Part shown: in pieces, positions 29,195 through 39,749 of the stretch
Numbering within the stretch: position 1 is the first letter of the stretch
Layout: each line of letters begins with the position of its first letter
Source: Sphingomonas sp. SCN 67-18
Lineage (GTDB): Bacteria > Pseudomonadota > Alphaproteobacteria > Sphingomonadales > Sphingomonadaceae
Direction: 5' to 3'
Assembly: GCA_001724715.1 (NCBI GenBank)
Contig: MEFG01000025.1
Span: forward strand, 4,017-68,016
Length of the DNA stretch: 64,000 bases
Made by a program: the position numbers and the translations under genes
Notes under the pieces: generated by a model
Told to the model about the DNA's origin: nothing
Databases searched by the model: none
What the model saw: the letters and a program-made list of their open reading frames with translations, nothing else

Positions 29195-29872
29195 ATGCCA
29201 CCAGATTTCGACAATATCGATATCACGACTGTCTCGCTGTCCGCGGACGTCCCCTACCCGGCCAGCGAGCGCCGGGGGGAACGGCGCCACATGTCGATGT
29301 ATCGATCGGCGGCATTCGTGACCCAGGGCTTCCAGGGCCTGTGCCTCATCCGCAATATTTCCGCCGGCGGCCTGATGGGCAAGGTGCACGTCCAGCTGCC
29401 GATCAGCGCGCCCATATCCATAGAGATACTCCCCGGCCACCCGACGACCGGACAGATCGTTTGGACCGCCGACCGGCTGGTGGGCATCCAGTTCGATGAG
29501 CGCATCGACGTGATGCAGGTCATCCATTCATCGCCGGAACCGGACGCAGTCGGCCTGCCGCGCCGCATGCCGCGCCTCAGCATTCCGTGCCGCGCCACAT
29601 TGCTGGTCGACAATGTCTATCACCACACGGTGCCGGTCATCGACGTGTCGCAGGGCGGCGTGAAGGTGGATGCCGATTTCCTGAAGCTGGGCGAACAGGT
29701 GGTCGTGACGATCGAGGGGATGGAGCCGATTCCCGGGTCCGTCGCCTGGAAAAGCGACGGGCGCATGGGCATCGCCTTCTATTTCCGCGTGCCGTTCGAC
29801 ACGCTCGCGGAATGGGCGGTGGAGCGCCAGCGGCTCGCCGGCATATTGGACGAGCTGATCGACGGGAAATAG
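29195..29872 (+). CDS. tandem PilZ domain protein (c-di-GMP receptor candidate)
   Basis: There are two RxxxR / (D/N)xSxxG pairs: RRGERRH + RNISAGG and RRMPR + IDVSQGG. The ATG at 29195 is preceded by AGGAGGG. Confidence 0.8.
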   Translation: MPPDFDNIDITTVSLSADVPYPASERRGERRHMSMYRSAAFVTQGFQGLCLIRNISAGGLMGKVHVQLPISAPISIEILPGHPTTGQIVWTADRLVGIQFDERIDVMQVIHSSPEPDAVGLPRRMPRLSIPCRATLLVDNVYHHTVPVIDVSQGGVKVDADFLKLGEQVVVTIEGMEPIPGSVAWKSDGRMGIAFYFRVPFDTLAEWAVERQRLAGILDELIDGK

Positions 29873-29883
29873 CCCGCCGGCGA

Positions 29884-30942
29884 TCAGCCTTCGCTCGCCC
29901 CGCCGGCCATGCGGGGCGGCGCGGCGGGCGTCAGCGAAAAACGCGGCGCAGGCGCCGGCTGCAGCACGCCGTCCGCCTCGATAAAGGTGCCGCGCGCCGC
30001 ATTATGGGGATGGCCCGGCGCATCCGCCATCGACAGCACCGGCGCAAAGCAGATGTCGGTCCCCTCCATCAGCGCGCACCATTGCGCCCGCGTCCGCCCG
30101 CGGAACAATGCGGTCAGCTTTTCCCGCTGGGCCGGCCACAGGCGCGGGTCCATGTTGGCCGCGAAATCGGCATCGTCCGCCAGCCCCGTTTTCCCCTTCA
30201 GCAGCGCGAAGAATTGCGGCTCGAGCGAGCCGATCGAGACAAAATGACCGTCGGCGGTTTCATAGCTGTCGTAACAGGCGGCGCCGCCGTCGAGCAGGTT
30301 GACGCCGCGTTCGTCCCGCCAGCTGCCCTGCGCGCGGAAAGACCATGTCATCGCCGCCAGCAGCGCCGCGCCGTCCACCATCGCGCAATCGATCACCTGC
30401 CCCCGCCCGGTGCGCCGGGCGGAAAGGATGCCGGCCAGCATCCCGAACGCCATCATCATGCCGCCGCCGCCGAAATCGCCGACCGCGTTGATCGGCGGCG
30501 TCGGCTTGTCTCCGGCCCGGCCATAGCCGTGCAGATTGCCCGCAAGGGCGATATAATTGATGTCGTGCCCGGCAAGCGGCGCATAAGGCCCATCCTGCCC
30601 CCATCCGGTCATCCGGCCATAAACGAGGCGCGGATTGTCGGCGATCAGCACCTCCGGGCCGACCCCGAGCCGCTCCATCACGCCGGGCCTGAACCCCTCG
30701 ATCAACCCGTCCGCGCCGCGCGCCAGCTCACGAAGCGCGGCCACGCCTGCCGCCGACTTCAGGTCGATCCGCACGAATTCGCGCGACCGCGCCAGCACGT
30801 CCTTCTCCAGTCCGCCGCCGCCCGCCGCCCGCTCCACCCGGATCACCCGCGCGCCATGGTCCGCCAGCATCATGCCCGCAAAGGGCGCTGGGCCAAGCCC
30901 GGCGATCTCGATGATCGTCAGCCCGTCGAGCGCGCCCGCCAT
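29884..30942 (-). CDS. family III CoA-transferase (CaiB/BaiF / alpha-methylacyl-CoA racemase-like)
   Basis: 352 aa. The N-terminus LDGLTIIEIAGLGPAPFAGMMLADHGARVIRVE is typical of family III. Confidence 0.85.
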   Translation of the reverse strand: MAGALDGLTIIEIAGLGPAPFAGMMLADHGARVIRVERAAGGGGLEKDVLARSREFVRIDLKSAAGVAALRELARGADGLIEGFRPGVMERLGVGPEVLIADNPRLVYGRMTGWGQDGPYAPLAGHDINYIALAGNLHGYGRAGDKPTPPINAVGDFGGGGMMMAFGMLAGILSARRTGRGQVIDCAMVDGAALLAAMTWSFRAQGSWRDERGVNLLDGGAACYDSYETADGHFVSIGSLEPQFFALLKGKTGLADDADFAANMDPRLWPAQREKLTALFRGRTRAQWCALMEGTDICFAPVLSMADAPGHPHNAARGTFIEADGVLQPAPAPRFSLTPAAPPRMAGGASEG

Positions 30943-30943
30943 G

Positions 30944-31777
30944 TCAGAGCATCCCCAGCAGGCGCTCGGCCTGCTTCAGGTGCGGCGCGTCGATCATCCG
31001 GCCGTCCAGCGACAGCGCACCCGCGCCGGGGCTCGCCGCGAAGGCCGCGACGACCGCCCGCGCATGGGCGATGTCGGCATCCGATGGGGTGAAGGCGGCG
31101 TTGATCACCGCCACTTGCGCCGGGTGGATCGCCATCATGCCGGTAAAGCCGTCGCGCGCGGCATCGGCCGCATAGCGCGCCAGCCCGTCGAGATCGCGAA
31201 AATCGGGATAGACCGTCTCGATCGGCGCGACCCCCGCCGCCGCCGCACCGAACAGGGTGAGCGACCGGGCCAGTTTGTAAGGCTCCGTATAGCGCCCATC
31301 CGCCTCGCGGGCGCTGCGGGCGCCGATTGCCGCCGGCAGGTCTTCCGCGCCCCAGGTCAGCCCGATCAGCCGTTCGGTGACGCCGCCATATTCGCCCAGC
31401 CGGAACATCGCGGCTGGCGTTTCCGTGGCGATGGGCAGGATGCGCGCATCGCTTGCCCCCAGCAGCGCATCGAGGCCGCGCAGCGACGCGGCGCCCTCCG
31501 CCTTGGGCAGGACGATGCCGTCCGGCCGCCCGGGCAGCACCGCCGCCAGGTCGTCCGCCGCCATGCCGCCGTCGAGCGGGTTGATCCGCACGAACAGCGT
31601 CACCGGCCGCCCGGGCCGGGCGAGGAACGCCGCCACCGCGCCGCGCGCCTCGGCCTTCTTCTCCAGCGAGACGGAATCCTCAAGGTCGAGGATGAGCGCG
31701 TCCGCGCCCAGCCCCAGCGCCTTTTCCATCCGCTCCGGCCGGTCGCCGGGGACGAACAGCAGCGAACGCAGCCTCAT
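30944..31777 (-). CDS. HpcH/HpaI aldolase / CitE-like acyl-CoA lyase (second copy)
   Basis: Starts [36 protein letters not shown]. The start forms an ATGA overlap with the MaoC gene stop. Confidence 0.85.
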   Translation of the reverse strand: MRLRSLLFVPGDRPERMEKALGLGADALILDLEDSVSLEKKAEARGAVAAFLARPGRPVTLFVRINPLDGGMAADDLAAVLPGRPDGIVLPKAEGAASLRGLDALLGASDARILPIATETPAAMFRLGEYGGVTERLIGLTWGAEDLPAAIGARSAREADGRYTEPYKLARSLTLFGAAAAGVAPIETVYPDFRDLDGLARYAADAARDGFTGMMAIHPAQVAVINAAFTPSDADIAHARAVVAAFAASPGAGALSLDGRMIDAPHLKQAERLLGML

Positions 31778-32226
31778 GCCGGCAACCGCTTCATCAGCGC
31801 GGTGCGCAGGCACTGGCAGACGATCTCGCCGCGCTGGTTGATCATGCGGTGCTCGAAGGTGACGATGCCCGCGCCGGGGCGGGACTTGCTGTCCTTCAAC
31901 GCCACCACCTCGGTCTCGCCGCGCAGCGTGTCGCCGATGAACACCGGCTTCGGCATCACCACCTTGTCATAGCCCAGATTGGCGACCAGCGTCCCAAGCG
32001 TCGTATCCCCCACGGACACGCCCACCATCAGCGCGAAGGTGAAGGTGCCGTTGACGAGAATGCGGCCGAACTCGCTCTCGCCCGCCGCCTCGGCATCTAG
32101 GTGCAGCGGCTGCGGATTGTGGGTCAGCGTGGTGATCAGCAGATTGTCGGCCTCGGTCACGGTCCGGCGGATCTCATGCGCGATCCTGTCGCCGACCGCC
32201 CATTGCTCGAAATAGCGTCCCGCCAT
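31774..32226 (-). CDS. MaoC-like (R-specific) enoyl-CoA hydratase/dehydratase
   Basis: 150-aa hot-dog fold pattern: YFEQWAVGD ... NPQPLHLD ... It is the first gene of the MaoC-CitE-CoA transferase trio. Confidence 0.82.
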   Translation of the reverse strand: MAGRYFEQWAVGDRIAHEIRRTVTEADNLLITTLTHNPQPLHLDAEAAGESEFGRILVNGTFTFALMVGVSVGDTTLGTLVANLGYDKVVMPKPVFIGDTLRGETEVVALKDSKSRPGAGIVTFEHRMINQRGEIVCQCLRTALMKRLPA

Positions 32227-32325
32227 CGGGTCCTCCCTGTCGAATAGCGTTCGCTTGGGCCTGCCGCCCGACCCTTGTCAATGCAGCCGGGCGTTGCCTT
32301 TTCCCGGCGGGAAGGCAAGAGCGGC

Positions 32326-33504
32326 GCGATGCGGGATCATGACGCGATCATCCTCGGCGCGGGCGCCGCCGGCCTGATGTGCGCGCTGACGGCGGGCCAG
32401 CGCGGCCGCCGCGTGCTGCTGGCCGACCATGCGGACCAGCCGGGCAAGAAGATCCTGATCTCCGGCGGCGGGCGGTGCAATTTCACCAATATCGGCGCCG
32501 CGCCGGATCGCTTCCTGTCCGCCAACCCGCATTTCGCGAAGTCCGCGCTGCGTCGCTACACGCCGCAGGATTTCCTGGCGCTGGTCGAGGGCCATGGCAT
32601 CGCCTGGCATGAAAAGACGCTGGGCCAGCTGTTCTGCGACGGATCGGCCCGCCAGATCGTGGCCATGCTCGTGGACGAATGCGCCAAGGGCGCGGTCGAC
32701 ATGAAATGCGGCGCGCCGGTCGATGCGGTCGACCATGCCGACGGCCGCTTTTCCGTCCGCCTGAACGGCGTGACGCACAGCGCCCCGGCGCTGGTCATCG
32801 CCACCGGCGGGCCTTCCATTCCGAAAATGGGCGCGACCGGCTTCGCCTATGATCTCGCCCGCCGTTTCGGCCTTAAGGTCGTCGAGCCGCGCCCGGCGCT
32901 GGTGCCGCTGACGCTGGGCGGCGCTGACCTGATGTTCCGCGATCTGTCCGGCGTGGCGACAGAGGTGATCGCGCGCTGCAACAAGGCGCAGTTTCGCGAA
33001 GCGGCCCTGCTCACGCACCGGGGCCTGTCCGGTCCGGCGATCCTCCAGATATCCTCCTATTGGCGGCGCGGCGATACTGTGACGCTGGATTTCCTGCCGG
33101 GCCGGGACGCCACGGCACTGCTGCTCGCCGCCAAGCGCGACCGCCCCCGCGCGACGCTGGCGACCGCGCTGGCGGATCATATGCCGCAGCGGCTGGCCGC
33201 CATGCTGGCCGAACGGCTCGCACTGGCGGGCGAGATGGCCGGCCTGACCGACAAGGCCCTGCGCGCCGCCGCCGCCCGCATCGGCGGCTGGGCCTTCACC
33301 CCCAACGGGTCCGAAGGCTATGCCAAGGCGGAGGTGACGGCCGGCGGCGTCGATACCGCCGGATTATCGTCGCAGAGCATGGCCGCGCGCACCGTGCCGG
33401 GCCTGCATGTCATCGGCGAGGCGGTGGACGTGACCGGCTGGCTCGGCGGCTATAATTTTCAATGGGCCTGGGCCAGTGGCAGAGCGGCCGGCGAGGTGCT
33501 ATAG
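32326..33504 (+). CDS. HI0933/BaiN-like NAD(P)/FAD-dependent oxidoreductase
   Basis: Carries the dinucleotide fold DAIILGAGAAGLMCA and the family motif ISGGGRCNFTN. The ATG at 32275 is an alternative start. Confidence 0.85.
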   Translation, partial: AMRDHDAIILGAGAAGLMCALTAGQRGRRVLLADHADQPGKKILISGGGRCNFTNIGAAPDRFLSANPHFAKSALRRYTPQDFLALVEGHGIAWHEKTLGQLFCDGSARQIVAMLVDECAKGAVDMKCGAPVDAVDHADGRFSVRLNGVTHSAPALVIATGGPSIPKMGATGFAYDLARRFGLKVVEPRPALVPLTLGGADLMFRDLSGVATEVIARCNKAQFREAALLTHRGLSGPAILQISSYWRRGDTVTLDFLPGRDATALLLAAKRDRPRATLATALADHMPQRLAAMLAERLALAGEMAGLTDKALRAAAARIGGWAFTPNGSEGYAKAEVTAGGVDTAGLSSQSMAARTVPGLHVIGEAVDVTGWLGGYNFQWAWASGRAAGEVL

Positions 33505-33562
33505 GCGCGTCTTCGTTCCGGCGACGGCCTTCCCGCGCCCTTTCCATATTGGACTTTAAGAC

Positions 33563-35305
33563 ATGACCTTCCCATCGCTGCCGCCCACGCTTGGCGAAGC
33601 GCTCGCCAGGCGCGGCTATGCGTCTTTCACCGCCGTGCAGCAGGCGGTGCTCGAACCCGAAGCCCTCGGCCGCGACCTGATCGTCTCGGCGCAGACCGGG
33701 TCCGGCAAGACGGTGGCGTTCGGGCTGGCGATGGCGGCGGACCTGATGGACGGGCAGGAGCGATTCGGCCCGGTGCGCGATCCGCTGGCGATCATCATCG
33801 CCCCCACGCGCGAACTGGCGCTGCAGGTCCACCGTGAGCTGGAATGGCTCTATGGCGGCAGCGGCGCGCGCGTCGGCGCCTGCGTCGGCGGCATGGACGT
33901 GCGGCGCGAACAGCGGATGCTGGCGCACGGCGTCCATATCGTCGTCGGCACGCCCGGGCGGATCTGCGACCATCTGGAACGCGGCAACCTGAACACCCAT
34001 GCGATCCGCGTCGTCGTGCTCGACGAGGCGGACGAGATGCTCGACATGGGCTTTCGCGAAAATCTTGAGCAGATTCTCGATTCCACCCCCGCCGAGCGGC
34101 GCACCCTGCTGTTTTCGGCCACCATGCCCCGGCCCATCGTCGCGCTCGCCAAATCCTATCAGCGGGGCGCCCTGCGCATCTCCACCGCGGGCGAGGATCG
34201 CGGCCATGGCGACATCGCCTACCAGGCCGTCGCCGTCGCCCCGGCCGATATCGTCCAGGCGGTGGTCAACCTGCTGCGCTACCATGAATCGGGCGGCACC
34301 ATCGTCTTCTGCGCCACGCGCGAGAATGTCCGCCACCTTCACGCCGCGCTGGTCGAACGCGGGTTCGCCGCCGTCGCGCTGTCGGGTGAGCATAGCCAGA
34401 ACGAACGCAATCAGGCGCTCCAGGCGCTGCGCGACCGGCGGGCGCGGGTCTGCGTCGCCACCGACGTCGCGGCGCGCGGCATCGACCTGCCGGACCTGCG
34501 GCTGGTGATCCATGCGGAACTGCCGCGCGATGCGGAAACCCTCCAGCACCGCTCCGGCCGCACCGGCCGCGCGGGCAAGAAGGGCACGGCGGTGCTGATC
34601 GTCCCCTACCCGCGCCGCCGCCGCGTCGAATCGATGCTGCGCGGCGCCAAGATCGCGGCCGAATGGGTGCCGGCGCCGACACCGGACGCCATTCTGGCCC
34701 GGGATCGCGAACGGCTGTTCGAGCAATTGCTGCTCCCCGTCGATGCGGACGAGGATGATCGCGCCCTCGCCCGGCGGCTGCTGGCCGAGCGCAGCGCGGA
34801 GGATATCGCCCTCGCGCTGGTCTGCAGCCACCGCGCCCGCCTGCCGGAACCGGAGGAGCTGATCGACGGCTCGTCGCGGCCGCAACGCGGGCCTGACGAA
34901 CCCCGCCCGGGCTTTGAGGATTCGGTGTGGTTCCGCATGAATATCGGCCGCCGGCAAAAGGCGGATCCGCGCTGGCTGCTGCCGCTGCTGTGCCGGCGCG
35001 GCCACATCACCAAGGGCGATGTCGGGGCGATCCGCATCGGCGACGCGGAAACCATGTTCCAGCTTCCCCGCGCGGTCGCGGCCCGCTTCACCGACGCCGT
35101 GCGCAAGACCGCGACCGACGATCCGGACAGCGACGGCGGCGTGAAGATCGAGGCGGCAAACGGCGCGCCGCCGCCGCACACGCCCCGCGCGCCCCGTCCG
35201 CACAGCTCGACCGCCGGAAGACGCGGCCCGGGCGGCCCGGGCGGCCCTCGCAAGGGCGGCGGCGGCCGCCCGGCGCGCGCGCCCAATAGACCCCGGCCCC
35301 GCTGA
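33563..35305 (+). CDS. DEAD-box ATP-dependent RNA helicase with DbpA-type C-terminal RNA-binding domain and Arg/Gly/Pro tail
   Basis: Motifs AQTGSGKT, VLDEADEML, SAT and HRSGRTGRAG are present, as is the C-terminal WFRMNIGRRQKADPRWLLPLLCRRG. Confidence 0.93.
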   Translation: MTFPSLPPTLGEALARRGYASFTAVQQAVLEPEALGRDLIVSAQTGSGKTVAFGLAMAADLMDGQERFGPVRDPLAIIIAPTRELALQVHRELEWLYGGSGARVGACVGGMDVRREQRMLAHGVHIVVGTPGRICDHLERGNLNTHAIRVVVLDEADEMLDMGFRENLEQILDSTPAERRTLLFSATMPRPIVALAKSYQRGALRISTAGEDRGHGDIAYQAVAVAPADIVQAVVNLLRYHESGGTIVFCATRENVRHLHAALVERGFAAVALSGEHSQNERNQALQALRDRRARVCVATDVAARGIDLPDLRLVIHAELPRDAETLQHRSGRTGRAGKKGTAVLIVPYPRRRRVESMLRGAKIAAEWVPAPTPDAILARDRERLFEQLLLPVDADEDDRALARRLLAERSAEDIALALVCSHRARLPEPEELIDGSSRPQRGPDEPRPGFEDSVWFRMNIGRRQKADPRWLLPLLCRRGHITKGDVGAIRIGDAETMFQLPRAVAARFTDAVRKTATDDPDSDGGVKIEAANGAPPPHTPRAPRPHSSTAGRRGPGGPGGPRKGGGGRPARAPNRPRPR

Positions 35306-35311
35306 CCGCCG

Positions 35312-35343
35312 CCCCGCCATCCCGTCCTCACCGGATGGCGGGG
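35312..35343. terminator. bidirectional hairpin between convergent helicase and tpiA genes
   Basis: Perfect 11-bp stem CCCCGCCATCC (35312-35322) / GGATGGCGGGG (35333-35343) with a 10-nt loop. The T-tract is weak. Confidence 0.5.
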
Positions 35344-35359
35344 CGTCCTTGCGGTCCGA

Positions 35360-36109
35360 TCAGGCGGAGGCTTGCGCCGCAGCTTCGATGATCGGCACGA
35401 AATCCGCCGCCTTCAGGCTCGCGCCGCCCACCAGCGCGCCGTCCACGTCGGCCACGGACAACAGTTCCAGCGCGTTGGAGGCCTTGACCGACCCGCCATA
35501 GAGGATGCGCACCGCAGCGCCTTCGCCGCCCAGCAGCGCGACCAGCCGGCCGCGGATCGCGGCGTGCATCTCGGCCACGTCGGACACCGCCGGGGTGCGG
35601 CCGGTGCCGATCGCCCAGACCGGCTCATAGGCGACGACCAGCGCGCTGGCGGACGCATCGCCGGGCACGGATCCGGCCAGTTGCGCGGACACCACGGCCA
35701 CCGCCTCGCCCGCGTCGCGCTGGGCCTCGGTTTCGCCGACGCAGACGATGGCGGTCAGCCCGGCGGCCATCGCGGCCCGCGCCTTGGCGTTCACGTCCGC
35801 GTCCGTCTCATGATTGTCCTGCCGCCGCTCGCTATGGCCGACGATCGCCAGCGCCGCACCGGCATCGACCAGCATCGGCGCCGAAATGCAGCCGGTATGC
35901 GCGCCGGAGGGCGCGGCATGGCAATCCTGCGCGCCGACCGCCACGTCGCCGCGCCGCGCGGCCGCCGCGATCAGCGTATAGGGCGGGCAGATCGCCACCT
36001 CGACGGCGGGGTTGGCGCGCGCGGCCGGCGCAATCGCATCCAGCTCGGCAAGGGCGGCATGGCTGCCGTTCATCTTCCAGTTTCCGGCGACAAGCTTCTT
36101 CAGGGCCAA
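35360..36109 (-). CDS. tpiA: triose-phosphate isomerase
   Basis: NWKMNG, HSERR and [11 protein letters not shown] motifs are present. Confidence 0.95.
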   Translation of the reverse strand: MALKKLVAGNWKMNGSHAALAELDAIAPAARANPAVEVAICPPYTLIAAAARRGDVAVGAQDCHAAPSGAHTGCISAPMLVDAGAALAIVGHSERRQDNHETDADVNAKARAAMAAGLTAIVCVGETEAQRDAGEAVAVVSAQLAGSVPGDASASALVVAYEPVWAIGTGRTPAVSDVAEMHAAIRGRLVALLGGEGAAVRILYGGSVKASNALELLSVADVDGALVGGASLKAADFVPIIEAAAQASA

Positions 36110-36224
36110 GACGTCATCCTTTCGTTGTGGGCGCGGGCGTCAGCCGCCACCGCCTTGATGGCTTGATGGCGTGTGCCCTCCGCCCTAAAGCGGGTGGCAC
36201 GTTTCCCCGATCGATGGAACCCGC

Positions 36225-38171
36225 ATGTTTTCATTCTTCCGCCGCCTGACCGAATCCAAGATCGGGCTCGTGATCGTTTTCGCCTTTCTCGGGCTGATCG
36301 CCTTCGCCTTTGCGGCGAGCGATCTCAGCAACACGATCAGCGGAACCGGCGGCGCGCCCACCGGATCGACCATCGCGACCGTCGGCAAGCAGAAGATCGA
36401 CAGCGTCGAATTCGGCCAGCGCGTCCAGACGCAGTTCGACAATTTCCGCAATCAGCAGCCTGATTTGACGCTCGCCCGCTTCATCTCGGAAGGCGGGTTC
36501 GACACCGTGCTGGCCCGCACCATAGACGGCGTCGCGCTCGGCGAGTTCGGCCGGATGCAGGGTATGGTGGTCAGCCGCAAGGCCGAGGACGGGCAGATCG
36601 CCAGCGTGCCGGCCTTCGCCGGGCTGAACGGCCAGTTCGACAAGAATAATTTCGCGATGTTCCTGCAGCGCACGCGAATCAGCGAAGCGCAGTTCCGCGC
36701 CGATCTCGCCCGCGATACGCTGGCAGACCAGATGATTCTACCGGTTTCGGGCGCGGTCCGCGCGCCGCTCAGCCTCATCACCCCCTATGCCTCGATGCTG
36801 CTGGAAGGCCGCACCGGCCGCCTCGCCTTCGTGCCCGCCGCCGCAATGCGCGCCGCGCCCGCGCCTACGGACGCCGCGCTGAACAGCTATTACACGGCCA
36901 ATATCGCGCGCTACACCGTGCCGGAACGCCGCGTCGTGCGCTACGCCATCATCGATCGCGATCGGTTCATCGCCTCCAGCAAGGCCACGCCTGCGGAAAT
37001 CCAGAAGGCCTATCAGGACAATAAGGACAGCTATGCCGGCCGCGAAACCCGCACCCTGACCCAGCTGATCACCCCCACCGAGGCCGCGGCCAAGGCGCTT
37101 GCCGCCCGTGTCGTCGCCGGGGCCACCCTGGCGCAGGCCGCCAAAGACGCCGGGCTGGAGCCGACCACGCTGGATAACCAGACCCGCGCCGGCTTTGCCG
37201 AACTCAGCTCGCCTGCCGTCGCCGCCGCCGTCTTCGCCGCCGGGCGCGGCACCGTGGCGCCGCCCGCCCGCTCCGGGCTTGGCTGGCACGTCGTGCGGGT
37301 GGATTCGATCAACATCATCCCGGCGCGCACCCTCGCAGACGTGCAGGGTGAGATCGCCGCCACGCTGGACAAGGAAAAGGCGGACGCCGCGCTGGCCGAT
37401 ATCGTCGCCAAGATGGAAGACGACATCTCCGGCGGCGCGACCTTCGACGAAGTCGTCGCCGCGCAGAAGCTGCAGGCGGTCACCACCCGGCCGATGCTGG
37501 CCAAGGGCGGCGATCCGGATGCACCGCAGGCGGCCGTGACACCGGAAATGACCGCGATCTTCGACGCCACCGGCGGCATGGAGGCGGACGACGACGCCAT
37601 CGTCGCTCAGATCGTCCCCAACCAGCGGTTCGCGCTGGTCGATCTGGACAGCATCATCCCGGCCACGCCCAAGCCGCTCGCCCAGATCCGCGATCAGGTC
37701 ACGAAGGATTTCGCGGCCAACGCCGCGCTGGCGGAAGCGCGCAAGATCGCCAATGCCGTCGCCGCCAAGGTGAGCGGGGGCACGACGCTGGCCCAGGCCG
37801 TCTCCGGCGCGGGCGTGGCGCTGCCCGCGCCCACCGCCATCGGCGGCAAGCGGCAGGAGATCATGCGCAACGGCCGGGCCGACGGCCCCACCGCGATGCT
37901 GTTCAGCATGGTCGAGGGCAAGGCCCGGGTGCTGCAGGCGCCGGACCGCAGCGGCTGGTATGTCGTTCACCTCGAATCGATCCAGCGTGGCGACGCGACC
38001 GGGCGTCCGGACGTCATCGCCGCCGCGCGGGCGGAATTCGCGCCGGTGCTGGGGCAGGAATATGTCGAGCAGTTCGTCGCCGCCGCACGGGCGGAAGTGG
38101 GTTCGTCCCGCAACGCCGCCGCCGTCGCCAAGCTGAAACGCGATCTGACGGGTGGCGACGATTCCCAGTGA
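36225..38171 (+). CDS. PpiD/SurA-like periplasmic peptidyl-prolyl isomerase chaperone
   Basis: An N-terminal TM anchor (IGLVIVFAFLGLIAFAF) is followed by a long periplasmic SurA-like region. The conserved position is between tpiA and trpE. Confidence 0.8.
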   Translation: MFSFFRRLTESKIGLVIVFAFLGLIAFAFAASDLSNTISGTGGAPTGSTIATVGKQKIDSVEFGQRVQTQFDNFRNQQPDLTLARFISEGGFDTVLARTIDGVALGEFGRMQGMVVSRKAEDGQIASVPAFAGLNGQFDKNNFAMFLQRTRISEAQFRADLARDTLADQMILPVSGAVRAPLSLITPYASMLLEGRTGRLAFVPAAAMRAAPAPTDAALNSYYTANIARYTVPERRVVRYAIIDRDRFIASSKATPAEIQKAYQDNKDSYAGRETRTLTQLITPTEAAAKALAARVVAGATLAQAAKDAGLEPTTLDNQTRAGFAELSSPAVAAAVFAAGRGTVAPPARSGLGWHVVRVDSINIIPARTLADVQGEIAATLDKEKADAALADIVAKMEDDISGGATFDEVVAAQKLQAVTTRPMLAKGGDPDAPQAAVTPEMTAIFDATGGMEADDDAIVAQIVPNQRFALVDLDSIIPATPKPLAQIRDQVTKDFAANAALAEARKIANAVAAKVSGGTTLAQAVSGAGVALPAPTAIGGKRQEIMRNGRADGPTAMLFSMVEGKARVLQAPDRSGWYVVHLESIQRGDATGRPDVIAAARAEFAPVLGQEYVEQFVAAARAEVGSSRNAAAVAKLKRDLTGGDDSQ

Positions 38172-38181
38172 CGCGCGCGGC

Positions 38182-39687
38182 ATGAACGGCACCCGCGAGG
38201 CGGCCGAGGCGCTCGCCGCCGGCCGCCCCGCCCTGATCTGGCGCAAGCAGATCGCCGATACCGACACCCCGGTTTCGGCGGCGCTGAAGCTGATCGAGCC
38301 GAATCGCGGTGATTTCCTGCTGGAATCGGTGGAAGGCGGCGAAACGCGGGGGCGCCACAGCCTGATCGGCCTGTCGCCGGACCTGGTGTTCCGCGCCCAT
38401 GGCAGCGCGGCCGAACTGAACCGCGACTGGCTGACCGACCGCAATGCCTTTGCCCCGCTCGCGGGCGGCGCGCTGGACGCGCTGCGCACGCTGGCGGCCG
38501 AATGCCGCATGGACGTGCCCGCCGCGCTGCCCCGAGCGCTGGCCTGCCTGGTCGGCTATTTCGGCTATGAGACGGTCGGCCTGGTGGAAAAGCTGCCCCG
38601 CCCGCCCGCCAATCCCATCGCGCTCCCGGACATGCTGTTCGTCCGCCCGACGCTGATCCTGATCTTCGACCGGCTGACCGACGAACTGCACCTCGTCGCG
38701 CCGCTCTGGCCGGACGACAAGGGCACGGTCGAAGCGCGGATCGCCGCCGCCATCGAGCGGATCGACAACGCCGCCGCGCGCCTTGCCCGGCCGCTTCCCG
38801 CCGCGCGCCGCCCGGCGGAACAGCTCGTCGGCCCGGAACCGCAGCCGGTTCTGCCCGCCGGGCGCTATGGCGAGATGGTCGCGCGCGCCAAGGATTATAT
38901 CGCGGCGGGCGACATCTTTCAGGTCGTGCTGGCCCAGCGCTTCACGGCGCCCTTCCCGCTGCCGCCCTTCGATCTCTATCGCTCGCTGCGCCGGATCAAC
39001 CCCTCGCCCTTCCTCTATTATCTCGATCTGCCCGGCTTCGCGCTGATCGGCTCCAGCCCGGAAATACTGGTCCGCGCCCGCGACGGCGAGGTGACGATCC
39101 GTCCCATCGCCGGCACCCGCCCGCGCGGGCGCACGGCTGCGGAAGACATCGAAAATCGCGACAGCCTGCTCGCGGACCCCAAGGAACGGGCCGAACATCT
39201 GATGCTGCTCGATCTCGGCCGCAACGATGTCGGCCGGGTCGCGGCGGCGGGCAGCGTGCAGGTCACCGACAGCTATACCGTCGAATATTACAGCCACGTC
39301 ATGCACATCGTGTCGAACGTGGTCGGCCGGATCGCGCCGGGCAAGGATGCGCTCGACGCGCTGTTCGCGGGCTTCCCGGCGGGCACCGTCTCGGGCGCGC
39401 CCAAGGTGCGGGCGTGCGAGATCATCGCCGAACTGGAGCCGGAAACGCGCGGCGCCTATGCCGGCGGCGTCGGCTATTTCTCGCCGGACGGATCGATGGA
39501 CAGCTGCATCGTGCTGCGCACGGCGGTGGTGAAGGACGGCACCATGCACGTCCAGGCCGGGGCGGGCATCGTCGCGGATTCCGACGCCGCCTATGAACAG
39601 CGCGAATGCCAGGCAAAGGCCGGCGCGCTCTTCGCCGCCGCAAGGGATGCCGTGGCGCGGGCGGGCGAACCCGGCTTCGGGCAGTAA
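38182..39687 (+). CDS. trpE: anthranilate synthase component I
   Basis: Chorismate-binding domain motifs are present ([29 protein letters not shown]). The ATG at 38182 lies after the ppiD stop; the ATG at 38152 is the alternative. Confidence 0.93.
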   Translation: MNGTREAAEALAAGRPALIWRKQIADTDTPVSAALKLIEPNRGDFLLESVEGGETRGRHSLIGLSPDLVFRAHGSAAELNRDWLTDRNAFAPLAGGALDALRTLAAECRMDVPAALPRALACLVGYFGYETVGLVEKLPRPPANPIALPDMLFVRPTLILIFDRLTDELHLVAPLWPDDKGTVEARIAAAIERIDNAAARLARPLPAARRPAEQLVGPEPQPVLPAGRYGEMVARAKDYIAAGDIFQVVLAQRFTAPFPLPPFDLYRSLRRINPSPFLYYLDLPGFALIGSSPEILVRARDGEVTIRPIAGTRPRGRTAAEDIENRDSLLADPKERAEHLMLLDLGRNDVGRVAAAGSVQVTDSYTVEYYSHVMHIVSNVVGRIAPGKDALDALFAGFPAGTVSGAPKVRACEIIAELEPETRGAYAGGVGYFSPDGSMDSCIVLRTAVVKDGTMHVQAGAGIVADSDAAYEQRECQAKAGALFAAARDAVARAGEPGFGQ

Positions 39688-39749
39688 GCGGGCCGGGGGC
39701 GCACCCAATTGCTTGGCAATCGGCGGCGCGCGCGGCTAAGGCGTCGCGC

